From Candidatus Dojkabacteria bacterium (lineage in GTDB: Bacteria > Patescibacteriota > Dojkabacteria > GCA-002793355): a stretch of 64,000 bases of DNA. The notes below the pieces were generated by a model. The model saw only the letters and a program-made list of their open reading frames with translations. It ran no database searches and was not told the origin of the DNA. The stretch's first letter is position 1, and each line of letters starts with the position of its first letter. Made by a program: the position numbers and the translations under genes. Location of the stretch: assembly GCA_030583685.1 (NCBI GenBank), contig CP129470.1:276345-340344 (forward strand), in the 5' to 3' direction. Shown one piece after another: positions 56,858 through 64,000 of this stretch.

Positions 56858-57766
56858 TTAAAGTATAATCCAAAGAAGTAACGGATAGATAAGAAGAGAA
56901 AAAAGTACTGACACAATCGAGAACTGCGCGGCAAATTCATCATCTTGACCGTATAGCTTTGCATAAATGACAGGGAATATTCCAACAGGCGCAGCAATGG
57001 TCATAATAAATGCATGACGGTAGCTTTCTATGTGTGGAATTAGCATAATGAGCCAGGCGAGCATAATCCATGCACCGTTCTTGAGGACTACTGCTAATAA
57101 TACTCGTTGCAACTGTTCTCTATTCGGAAGTTGAATGGTCACACCAAGCAACACTGCAGCAAGAAAGGAAAAAGAGTCCCCCGCAAAATGAGTGAATTTC
57201 ACTATGCCTTCTGGAAGAGAAATCCCTATAAAACTAACCGCTAATCCAGCATACACCGCCCATAATATTGGGTTGTACAACAAGGTTTCCCGTAATTTAC
57301 TTGTATTTCTTTCACGAGTAACCAGTAATGGTGCTATCGATAAAAATAATATCAACAATGTTAAATCAATAATTACTGCTTCTGCAAATACCTGTGAAGG
57401 AAACAGGAGCTGGAGCATTGGGTACGCTACCGTCCCAACCGCAAAAGAAATCCCCCCGAGGACAAACGCATTTTGTGTTTCAAGACGAGGAGAAATCACA
57501 CGGCGAGAGATGAGAAAGAAGCCAACAACAAAGAAGAAACTAATCACACCAAGTAGCACCAAGAGCAGTGAACTGACTCCAAACGTTTGTGCAGACAAGG
57601 CGAGGAAGACCACTGCTGGAGCGGCAAGTTTAAAGACGAGAGGAACCAAAACATCCGCGGTTTGAGGAGGAAAAACCTTGTATCGTTTTAACAAATAACT
57701 CAAAAATACCGTTGCATAGAGCGGAAATAGATTGAGAAGAACTGCAGAATTAGCCATACTATTCAA
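56858..57766 (-). CDS. polytopic membrane transporter, possibly AEC (auxin efflux carrier) family
   Basis: 302 aa, about 10 TM with two halves of similar topology. Confidence 0.4.
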   Translation of the reverse strand: MNSMANSAVLLNLFPLYATVFLSYLLKRYKVFPPQTADVLVPLVFKLAAPAVVFLALSAQTFGVSSLLLVLLGVISFFFVVGFFLISRRVISPRLETQNAFVLGGISFAVGTVAYPMLQLLFPSQVFAEAVIIDLTLLILFLSIAPLLVTRERNTSKLRETLLYNPILWAVYAGLAVSFIGISLPEGIVKFTHFAGDSFSFLAAVLLGVTIQLPNREQLQRVLLAVVLKNGAWIMLAWLIMLIPHIESYRHAFIMTIAAPVGIFPVIYAKLYGQDDEFAAQFSIVSVLFSLLIYPLLLWIIL

Positions 57767-57772
57767 AAAATT

Positions 57773-58060
57773 TCATAGAAGAATCAGTAAATACCCTAAG
57801 GCCGGTCCCCCAAGAACTGCAATCAGCAGCACCCAAAACTTAGCTTCTTTTGACTTCCCCTTTCCGAAAATTTTTACCATGCCAAACAAATAGGCGGCAT
57901 AGAGCATAACGAGTACCACTAAAGAGATAATCCGACCTACGGGACCAAAATAAGAGTTGCCCCCATCGTCTACAAATAACCCAAAAAATATCGCAACAAG
58001 AAACAACCAATTACCAATAATTGAAACAATCATGCTCAGCGCAATTTCCTTGAAGGTCAT
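57773..58060 (-). CDS. small hypothetical membrane protein
   Basis: 95 aa, 3 predicted TM helices; directly upstream of the transporter gene on the same strand. Confidence 0.35.
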   Translation of the reverse strand: MTFKEIALSMIVSIIGNWLFLVAIFFGLFVDDGGNSYFGPVGRIISLVVLVMLYAAYLFGMVKIFGKGKSKEAKFWVLLIAVLGGPALGYLLILL

Positions 58061-58206
58061 AAAGACACAGACAATTTAATGTTTCTACTGTACAACAATC
58101 ACTAAGGATTTCAAGAGTCGAAGCAGCGACATTAATTGACGACAACAAGCCAATTTCGTATACTTTTTCAATTTCCGGAGAAAGAGACACGGGTTCAAGA
58201 CCTACT

Positions 58207-58641
58207 CTAATGCTTCACCAGCATTTCCCGAAACACTAACACAACACCGTCAGGATCTTTCAACACAACTTCCTTAGTTCCCCACGGAAAAACTCGCGGA
58301 GGAACAGCAACTTGTATTTTTTCTTCGTCGCACAGAGCAACAAAGTCATCTACTGAATTTATGTCAAACATCATTGACACTTTTGAGGAAAGTACCGTTT
58401 CTCGGAACACTTCTGACTTTACTGCAATATGACCATCGGCTATTTCAAACAGCGCAGAACCAATTCCGAAAGTAACGCCAGAATACTTTTCTGTCGCCGT
58501 TGGACAAGAAAACTGCGTCGTAAACTCCACAGAGCCATACGCAAAAATAGGGGTAAACCCAAGTTTCAAGTAAAAGCCCAGTGACTTCTCTATACTTTTA
58601 CATTTAACATGCACGCCCATTCGAGTCGGTTGAATGTTCAT
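58207..58641 (-). CDS. VOC-family protein (glyoxalase/bleomycin-resistance/dioxygenase fold)
   Basis: 144 aa; two beta-alpha-beta-beta-beta modules, LGFYLKLGF and KDPDGVVLVF motifs typical of glyoxalase-like domains. Confidence 0.55.
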   Translation of the reverse strand: MNIQPTRMGVHVKCKSIEKSLGFYLKLGFTPIFAYGSVEFTTQFSCPTATEKYSGVTFGIGSALFEIADGHIAVKSEVFRETVLSSKVSMMFDINSVDDFVALCDEEKIQVAVPPRVFPWGTKEVVLKDPDGVVLVFREMLVKH

Positions 58642-58730
58642 ACGAACAGTAATTAACTTACATATAGTTCCACTATTTTAAACAAACCAACCCTTCTTGC
58701 GAAGTATTTTTCATACGTATATACTTATGT

Positions 58731-59285
58731 ATGAACATTTTCTTCACGGCTCCCTACTCAGGAAAGAAACTCTATCAAAAAGAATACGATCTCATCAGAA
58801 AAATTCTCGACAGTACTCGCGAGATAACTCTTATTTCGCCGGAAAAAGGCAATTATCTCCACATTCTTCCGGTATCCGATCCAATCAGAGCGCAAGCCGA
58901 CAGGCGGATTCACTACGAAGCAATTAGGCGAGGAATTGAGTGGGCTGATGCCGTTATCTTTGAAGTAAGCGAGGAATGTTTTCAGCTCGGCCACGAAATG
59001 ACGTTGGCCATTCAGAACAAAAAGCATGTCCTCTGCCTTTCACTACACGAAAATTTCGAAAGAAAGATTTTTTCTAAATACTTCCATGGTGCGCGCTACA
59101 CCAAGGATACCCTCAAACCAATCATTCATAAGTTTCTTGCCCGCTGTCGCAAAGAGAATCTCCCGAATCGCTTTAATTTCTTTCTTTCTCATTCACAACT
59201 ACGATACCTTGAGCTTGCTTCAGCACAAAAAGGAATGAACGCCTCGGAATATCTGCGAAAGTTACTCGATGAGGATAGGCGATAG
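58731..59285 (+). CDS. fusion of a nucleoside 2-deoxyribosyltransferase-like (SLOG-fold) domain with a C-terminal ribbon-helix-helix DNA-binding domain
   Basis: N-terminus IFFTAPYSG...ADAVIFEVSEECFQLGHEMTLAIQNKKHVLCL matches the NDT pattern (IYLAGPF...ADavvA.ld.....GTafElGyAyAlgKPv). C-terminal RFNFFLSHSQLRYLELASAQKGMNASEYLRKLLDE is a beta-strand/helix/helix (RHH, CopG/Arc-like) arrangement. Confidence 0.4.
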   Translation: MNIFFTAPYSGKKLYQKEYDLIRKILDSTREITLISPEKGNYLHILPVSDPIRAQADRRIHYEAIRRGIEWADAVIFEVSEECFQLGHEMTLAIQNKKHVLCLSLHENFERKIFSKYFHGARYTKDTLKPIIHKFLARCRKENLPNRFNFFLSHSQLRYLELASAQKGMNASEYLRKLLDEDRR

Positions 59286-59355
59286 CTCCTGTTAATGTGA
59301 CGAAAAAACGGGAGTCTCCTCCCGTTTTCCGCCTTAAATTTTCCTTTCGGAAGTA

Positions 59356-60525
59356 TTAGCTTTCTTTTGATTTGACTCGCTTGAGACTTAAGCTTAAGTG
59401 TCGTTCCGTCTCGGAAATCGAGAGGATTGAAACCTTTACTTTTTGTCCTGGCGTGACAATATCAGAGGGGTTTTTGACCAGTTTATCTGAAAGTTCAGAA
59501 ATGTGGATCAATCCATTAATACCATCATCGATACGAACGAATGCTCCATATTCCACAACACCTTCCACAACACCGTCAACAACCTCGCCAATCTTGTATT
59601 TCTTGATTCGATTCTTCCAAGGATCATCGATTAATCGCTTCACGCTATACGCAATTCGGCGACCACCTTCTTTGATTTCAAGAACCATCACCTTGACATC
59701 ATCTCCCACGTTATAGAGGCTACCGACATCGGTAACTTTATCCCATGACAGTTCTGACAAGTGAACCAAGCCTTCAAGACCAGAAGTATTCACGAAAATT
59801 CCGTATGGAGTAATGGCGGTAACTTTACCGTCCAAAATATCTCCTTCCTTAATCTTCTTGAGTAACTTCTCTTTTGCTGCCATATCTGAGCCAAAAGTGA
59901 CCTGCTTTTCAGAAAGGATGATTCGGCTGCGCTCACGATCAAGTTCAATAATTTTGACCTTAATCTGTTCGCCAAGCAGTTGTGTCAATCGTTGTTGAAC
60001 GACTGAAGTCACATCTTTGCCGTACATTTTCTTTCCACTTTCGAAAATTCGGGCTGGATCCAACTGTGAGGTTGGAATAAAACCACGAACTCCTTCGTAA
60101 AGTTCACAGATAACACCACCGGTATTGACTTCGACAACAGTTGCGTCGAGAACATCACCATTTCGAGCTGCCTTTTCAAGGTCGAACCAGATTCGCACTT
60201 CTTCCGTTCGTTTCAATGAAAGAACCAAACTTCCGTCACGACTTTCTGGATAAACCACATAGACAAGTATCGGGTCTCCGATTTTAATACCTTCAACGTC
60301 GACAACTTTGCTCTTAAGCTCACGGCCAGCAATCAAGCCTTCACATCTTCCCCCAACATCAACAACCAGAACTCCTGGTTCTTTGTTGATGACCGTTCCT
60401 TCAACAATATCGCCGGCTTTCAATTGCTTGTAAGACCGTACAATCGTTGATACTTGATCATCGAATGTTGCTTGAGTGGGAAGTTGCGCTGATTTGTCCG
60501 CTGCAATCTTCTTTGTACTAGACAT
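59356..60525 (-). CDS. rpsA: 30S ribosomal protein S1 (4 S1 domains)
   Basis: Repeated S1 OB-fold motifs (GDIVEGTVINKEPGVLVVDVGG...; GDVLDATVVEVNTGGVICEL...; GDILDGKVTAITPYGIFVN...; GEVVDGVVEGVVEYGAFVR...). Confidence 0.85.
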   Translation of the reverse strand: MSSTKKIAADKSAQLPTQATFDDQVSTIVRSYKQLKAGDIVEGTVINKEPGVLVVDVGGRCEGLIAGRELKSKVVDVEGIKIGDPILVYVVYPESRDGSLVLSLKRTEEVRIWFDLEKAARNGDVLDATVVEVNTGGVICELYEGVRGFIPTSQLDPARIFESGKKMYGKDVTSVVQQRLTQLLGEQIKVKIIELDRERSRIILSEKQVTFGSDMAAKEKLLKKIKEGDILDGKVTAITPYGIFVNTSGLEGLVHLSELSWDKVTDVGSLYNVGDDVKVMVLEIKEGGRRIAYSVKRLIDDPWKNRIKKYKIGEVVDGVVEGVVEYGAFVRIDDGINGLIHISELSDKLVKNPSDIVTPGQKVKVSILSISETERHLSLSLKRVKSKES

Positions 60526-60605
60526 TAGAAAATTTCTCCTTGTGTGTTTTTGTTTCGTAATTATATCACAAAAACACTATACGACGCCACTTACAGGACA
60601 TCCGA

Positions 60606-62051
60606 CTACACCATAGTTTTCTCTTCTACTAACGGGACGGGGCCTTCTGGAGTGTCGACAATCCTGACACTTTGCTGTGTCAAGCGATCTCGCAGCTCAT
60701 CTGCTACTGCCCAATCTTTATTCTTTTTTGCGTTTTCTCGGTCAATAAGTAACTGCCGGATACCTTGCTGTTCCTCAAGCGAAAAAAACGAACCGAAGGT
60801 CGGGACCTCAGCAAGCTTCAGCCCAAGAACTTTATCAAAATCGAGTAGTAACGAATACTTCTCTATCCCCGTAAGGGATGCCTCTTTCACCACTTCCCAA
60901 ACAATTGATAAAGCTCCAGGTATATTTAGGTCGTCTGCGAGAAATGAAGCAAACTTCTTGCGCAAGGGATGCTCTGCAACATCCATAGGTTCTTTCTCGG
61001 CAACAAAATACTGCACTATCGCGAATTGCTCAAGAAGGTTTTTGCGTGCTGAGGATGCCCCAGTCAACGCTTGCCAGGTAAAATTCTGAGGGAATCGGTA
61101 CTGTGCCTCAAGATACAAATATCGCAAATCCATTGGTGAGTACCCTCTCTGCACAACATCATTTAATGAATAAAAGTTGTTCTTACTTTTAGACATCTTG
61201 ACATTATCAACGCGGATAAACTCATTGTGAAGCCAATACGACACGAACTTCTTGCCCGTTGCCGCCTCTGATTGTGCAATTTCATTCGTATGATGAACGG
61301 GAATATGGTCAACACCACCGGTATGAATATCAATTGTCTCGCCAAGGTACGTCATAGCCATCGCAGAACACTCAAGATGCCACCCCGGAAACCCTTTGCC
61401 CCACGGTGAATCCCACAACATCGCATGATTGGGCTGATCAAGTTGCCACAGGCGAAAATCTGCGGGATTTCGTTTCTCTGAATCAACAACTACTTCTTCG
61501 CGCACTCCCTCGCGTAATTGCTCCAATTTTTGCCGGGAAAGTTCAGTATATGTCGGAAACTTCGAAACATCAAAATAGACTGCCTGAGAGGTTTTGTACG
61601 CAAACCCTTTTGCTTCCAACGTTTTGATTAATTCAATCATTTGCGGAACATGTTCGGTAGCCGGCGTTAATTTGTCTGGAGGCAAAATATTCATTGCAGT
61701 TCGATCAGCAATAAACTTTTCTGTATACAATCGAGCAATATCCCACGCGGTTACCTGCTCCCCTCGCTCTGCAGCGCGGCGAACACCAATCATAATTTTG
61801 TCCTCACCAAGATCTGCATCACTTTCGAGCTGCCCAACATCGGTCGTATTCATCACATGATAGACAGGATACCCTACATACCGCAATGTTCGCTTCAGAG
61901 TGTCTGCAAACGTATAGGCACGCAAATTGCCAATGTGCGCATAGTCATAAACAGTTGGCCCACAAGTGTACAAGGTTACTTTTTCAGGATTAAGCGGAAC
62001 AAATTTTTCGAGTTTTCGAGTAAGGGTATTGTAGAAACGTAATACAGCCAT
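60606..62051 (-). CDS. cysS: cysteine--tRNA ligase
   Basis: HIGH motif CGPTVYDYAHIGN, KMSKS motif, Cys-binding region; 481 aa. Confidence 0.9.
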   Translation of the reverse strand: MAVLRFYNTLTRKLEKFVPLNPEKVTLYTCGPTVYDYAHIGNLRAYTFADTLKRTLRYVGYPVYHVMNTTDVGQLESDADLGEDKIMIGVRRAAERGEQVTAWDIARLYTEKFIADRTAMNILPPDKLTPATEHVPQMIELIKTLEAKGFAYKTSQAVYFDVSKFPTYTELSRQKLEQLREGVREEVVVDSEKRNPADFRLWQLDQPNHAMLWDSPWGKGFPGWHLECSAMAMTYLGETIDIHTGGVDHIPVHHTNEIAQSEAATGKKFVSYWLHNEFIRVDNVKMSKSKNNFYSLNDVVQRGYSPMDLRYLYLEAQYRFPQNFTWQALTGASSARKNLLEQFAIVQYFVAEKEPMDVAEHPLRKKFASFLADDLNIPGALSIVWEVVKEASLTGIEKYSLLLDFDKVLGLKLAEVPTFGSFFSLEEQQGIRQLLIDRENAKKNKDWAVADELRDRLTQQSVRIVDTPEGPVPLVEEKTMV

Positions 62052-62089
62052 ACTCGATTATATCGTTTTATTCGAGAACAGCAAACAAA

Positions 62090-62905
62090 CTATTCCAGCT
62101 CAACATATGCCTGTGATTGTGTACCACCTTTCATAAACAACCCAATGAGCTGCGTTCCTTCCGTATTTGGTGCTGCTGCGTAGAAATCAGATTCTTTATC
62201 AACCCCAACAAACGGTTTTATCCATTTTTGAGCATAATTTTCGATGTACATGGCGGCAGGTGCTGATCCATTGTTGACGCCTTCAAGTCCGATGTAAAAC
62301 CCTGCCTTAGCGTCATTATTTTTGTTTAACGCAAATTGCGTCGCCTCATATTTTGAAGAGAAAAATTCATACAGTTTTGCTTTTGTGCCATTGCTCAAGG
62401 TGATTCTCTGCAGTTTAGAATAATTGGTTGAGGCATCTCGTTTGGTTGCTACATAGAGGAATCCCCCATTAACATAAAAACTTCCGACTTCACCGGCGGT
62501 ATCGCTTGTGAAAACGGTTTGTGCACTTGCATCATTTTTTGACGCTCCTCGTTTGACTAATTTTTTGTCGGTTGCATCGATAAAATAGACGATACTGCCA
62601 ACTGTTTGCTCGGTAACTCCGTACATCCATGCAGTATTTCGTATTTCTTCGAATGATGTTGCGACTGAGGGAGTTGGTGTCGGCGTTGGCGTTGTTGTTA
62701 CGGTTACCGTGGGTGTCAGTGTCGGTGTTGCTTCAAAAGGATCTGTTGGTTCAGGCGTTTCTGTCGGAGTTGCCGTAGGTGTCGGTGTCGGAGTTCCTGT
62801 TGGCTCTGTCGGTGTTCGCCAAGAAACAATAATCACCGTTGCTGCGGCAATAATAACAATGAGTAATACTAATATTTTGTTGCTCATACTCCCAGTATAC
62901 GACAC
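62090..62905 (-). CDS. hypothetical membrane-anchored protein with Thr/Pro-rich linker
   Basis: N-terminal TM then TPTPTPTATPTETPEPTDP...TTTPTPTPTP low-complexity linker and a roughly 180-aa globular C-terminal domain. Confidence 0.5.
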   Translation of the reverse strand: MSYTGSMSNKILVLLIVIIAAATVIIVSWRTPTEPTGTPTPTPTATPTETPEPTDPFEATPTLTPTVTVTTTPTPTPTPSVATSFEEIRNTAWMYGVTEQTVGSIVYFIDATDKKLVKRGASKNDASAQTVFTSDTAGEVGSFYVNGGFLYVATKRDASTNYSKLQRITLSNGTKAKLYEFFSSKYEATQFALNKNNDAKAGFYIGLEGVNNGSAPAAMYIENYAQKWIKPFVGVDKESDFYAAAPNTEGTQLIGLFMKGGTQSQAYVELE

Positions 62906-62999
62906 GTTACAGATATTGACAATACAAGGATACTCACGAATTTTTCTTTTAATTTTGAGTGGTTGCGTTTCTCTCTTTTACTTCGTATAATACGGCAAT

Positions 63000-63497
63000 A
63001 TGAATGACGAATATAACAAAAAAATTACTGATTTTATTTCATCAGTTTTGTCCCAACTTGGGTATGAGGCCACAACGGTTGAAGTAACCAGCGAAGAAGT
63101 TGAAGAAAAATTACATGTTCAAGTGCTTATCAAAGGTGAAGGGCTTGACTTACTCATCGGATATCACGGGAAGAACTTACAATCACTACACCAACTCACG
63201 GTCGCATATATGAAGCGCGTATTCCCAGAAACGCAACGAGTTTCCCTATTCCTTGATATCGGTGACTACTTCGAAAAGCAAAACACAAAAATAAGAGAAA
63301 TGGTTGCACAAGCAGTTGAAGAGGTTAAACTTCTCGACGAGCCGTACGAATTCAAACCAATGCCCCCACGCTTGCGACGTGTTATTCACCTTGAAGCAGA
63401 GCAACATAAAGACATTCGTACCGAAAGTACAGGAGAAGGAATGGACCGCCGAGTCATTATCTATCCTGCAAATGCACCAGCAACTCCTGCAGCTTAA
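63000..63497 (+). CDS. khpB: KhpB/Jag/EloR-like RNA-binding protein (KH + R3H domains)
   Basis: KH-like GxxG (LIGYHGKNLQSL) and C-terminal R3H-like region (PMPPRLRRVIHLEAEQH...RRVIIYP). Confidence 0.55.
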   Translation: MNDEYNKKITDFISSVLSQLGYEATTVEVTSEEVEEKLHVQVLIKGEGLDLLIGYHGKNLQSLHQLTVAYMKRVFPETQRVSLFLDIGDYFEKQNTKIREMVAQAVEEVKLLDEPYEFKPMPPRLRRVIHLEAEQHKDIRTESTGEGMDRRVIIYPANAPATPAA

Positions 63498-63499
63498 TA

Positions 63500-64000
63500 A
63501 AGCATTACGCCAGCATTACGTATTGATACTTTCTGTAGCCTATATCGCGACGCTTCCACTGTACATCGGAGAAATACTCACTACCGACGCAGCATATATT
63601 TTCGGAAAGTACATTAATTACCTGCATATTCGAGTTACGTTACGGTTCTTACTTGGCACGATACTCCTTGGAGCAATTCTCTGGCAAAACAAGGCTTTTT
63701 TGAAAGAGTGGGCAAAGAAATATCGTTTTTTCATTACAAGTGGAATACTTTTTCTTCTCTATGCATCAATAATTCCCTTTGTTAATGGTGCGCTCACAAC
63801 AATGTCAAATTTTTCGGCATTGTATACCGCAAGTATCAGTAATCTCTTCTTCACTATCGTCAATTTAATTGCAGTTGTTTGTGCAACTATACAGGTTCTT
63901 CAATCAGCACAACGTTACCATGGGAAAATAGCCGGAACTCTCGCAACGTCACTCGCATTGCAAGGTTTGTTTGCGGTCAATCAATTTCTCGCAAAAGGGC
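63500..64000 (+). CDS. partial CDS, polytopic membrane protein (start codon uncertain, continues beyond window end)
   Basis: Open frame without stop from about 63500 to 64000 encoding hydrophobic helices; no in-frame ATG near its beginning, so a TTG/GTG start would be needed. Confidence 0.2.

Noticed and set aside
62709-62990. 93-aa plus-strand ORF with GVGVGV repeats
   Set aside because: Antisense reading of the Thr/Pro-rich linker of the 62090-62905 gene.
1-64000. CRISPR arrays, tRNA, rRNA, tmRNA, RNase P, SRP RNA
   Set aside because: I saw no regularly spaced direct repeats, no cloverleaf-compatible tRNA-like segments in intergenic regions, and no conserved motifs of these RNAs. A covariance-model scan would be needed to be certain.

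Overview
This is an AT-rich, gene-dense window of about 60 protein-coding genes, mostly on the minus strand. Spacing is tight and operon-like, with no rRNA, tRNA or CRISPR array that I could recognise by eye. The gene content looks like a small-genome CPR/Patescibacteria-type bacterium. Evidence for that is a core of translation and maintenance genes plus an archaeal-type nucleoside salvage pair. All calls are motif- and architecture-based from the translated ORF track; no searches were run.

Core genes (translation, maintenance):
- rpmE-prfA-prmC
- rpsF-ssb-rpsR, with rplI relocated next to htrA
- rpsA, cysS, ychF, rho, radA, a clpC/clpB-like chaperone, gpmI, aroE, and a ctpA/htrA protease pair

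Archaeal-type nucleoside salvage:
- an AMP phosphorylase-like DeoA homolog (45298-46800)
- an eIF-2B-family ribose-1,5-bisphosphate isomerase-like gene (40320-41267)

Accessory content I consider most interesting:
1. A roughly 12 kb cell-surface glycan island (27173-39044). It contains a GT2/GtrA/GT-C lipid-linked glycosylation module, a Wzx flippase, a second GT2, an unusual Wzy-like polymerase fused to a GT4 glycosyltransferase, a split Alg14/Alg13 (EpsE/EpsF-like) transferase, and two tandem YdjC-family deacetylases.
2. Five paralogous TrmB-like wHTH regulators scattered through the window; one heads a MacAB-like efflux operon.
3. A FemAB-family aminoacyltransferase convergent with a LysM-M23 (lysostaphin-type) peptidase, resembling a lysostaphin/immunity pair.
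4. A short degenerate tyrosine-recombinase catalytic-domain ORF beside an ABC-2 transporter.
5. A candidate roughly 145-nt small RNA between radA and rho, with a perfect TTGACA-N18-TATAAT promoter and an intrinsic terminator.
6. A nucleoside-2-deoxyribosyltransferase-like domain fused to a ribbon-helix-helix DNA-binding tail.
7. An Avd-like four-helix-bundle protein.
8. A 1266-aa NHL-repeat surface protein with a C-terminal membrane anchor.
9. A pair of conserved hypothetical proteins embedded in the aroE-ctpA-rplI-htrA operon.

I cannot show that any of these is a genuinely undescribed system. They are the places where the sequence is not explained by ordinary housekeeping.
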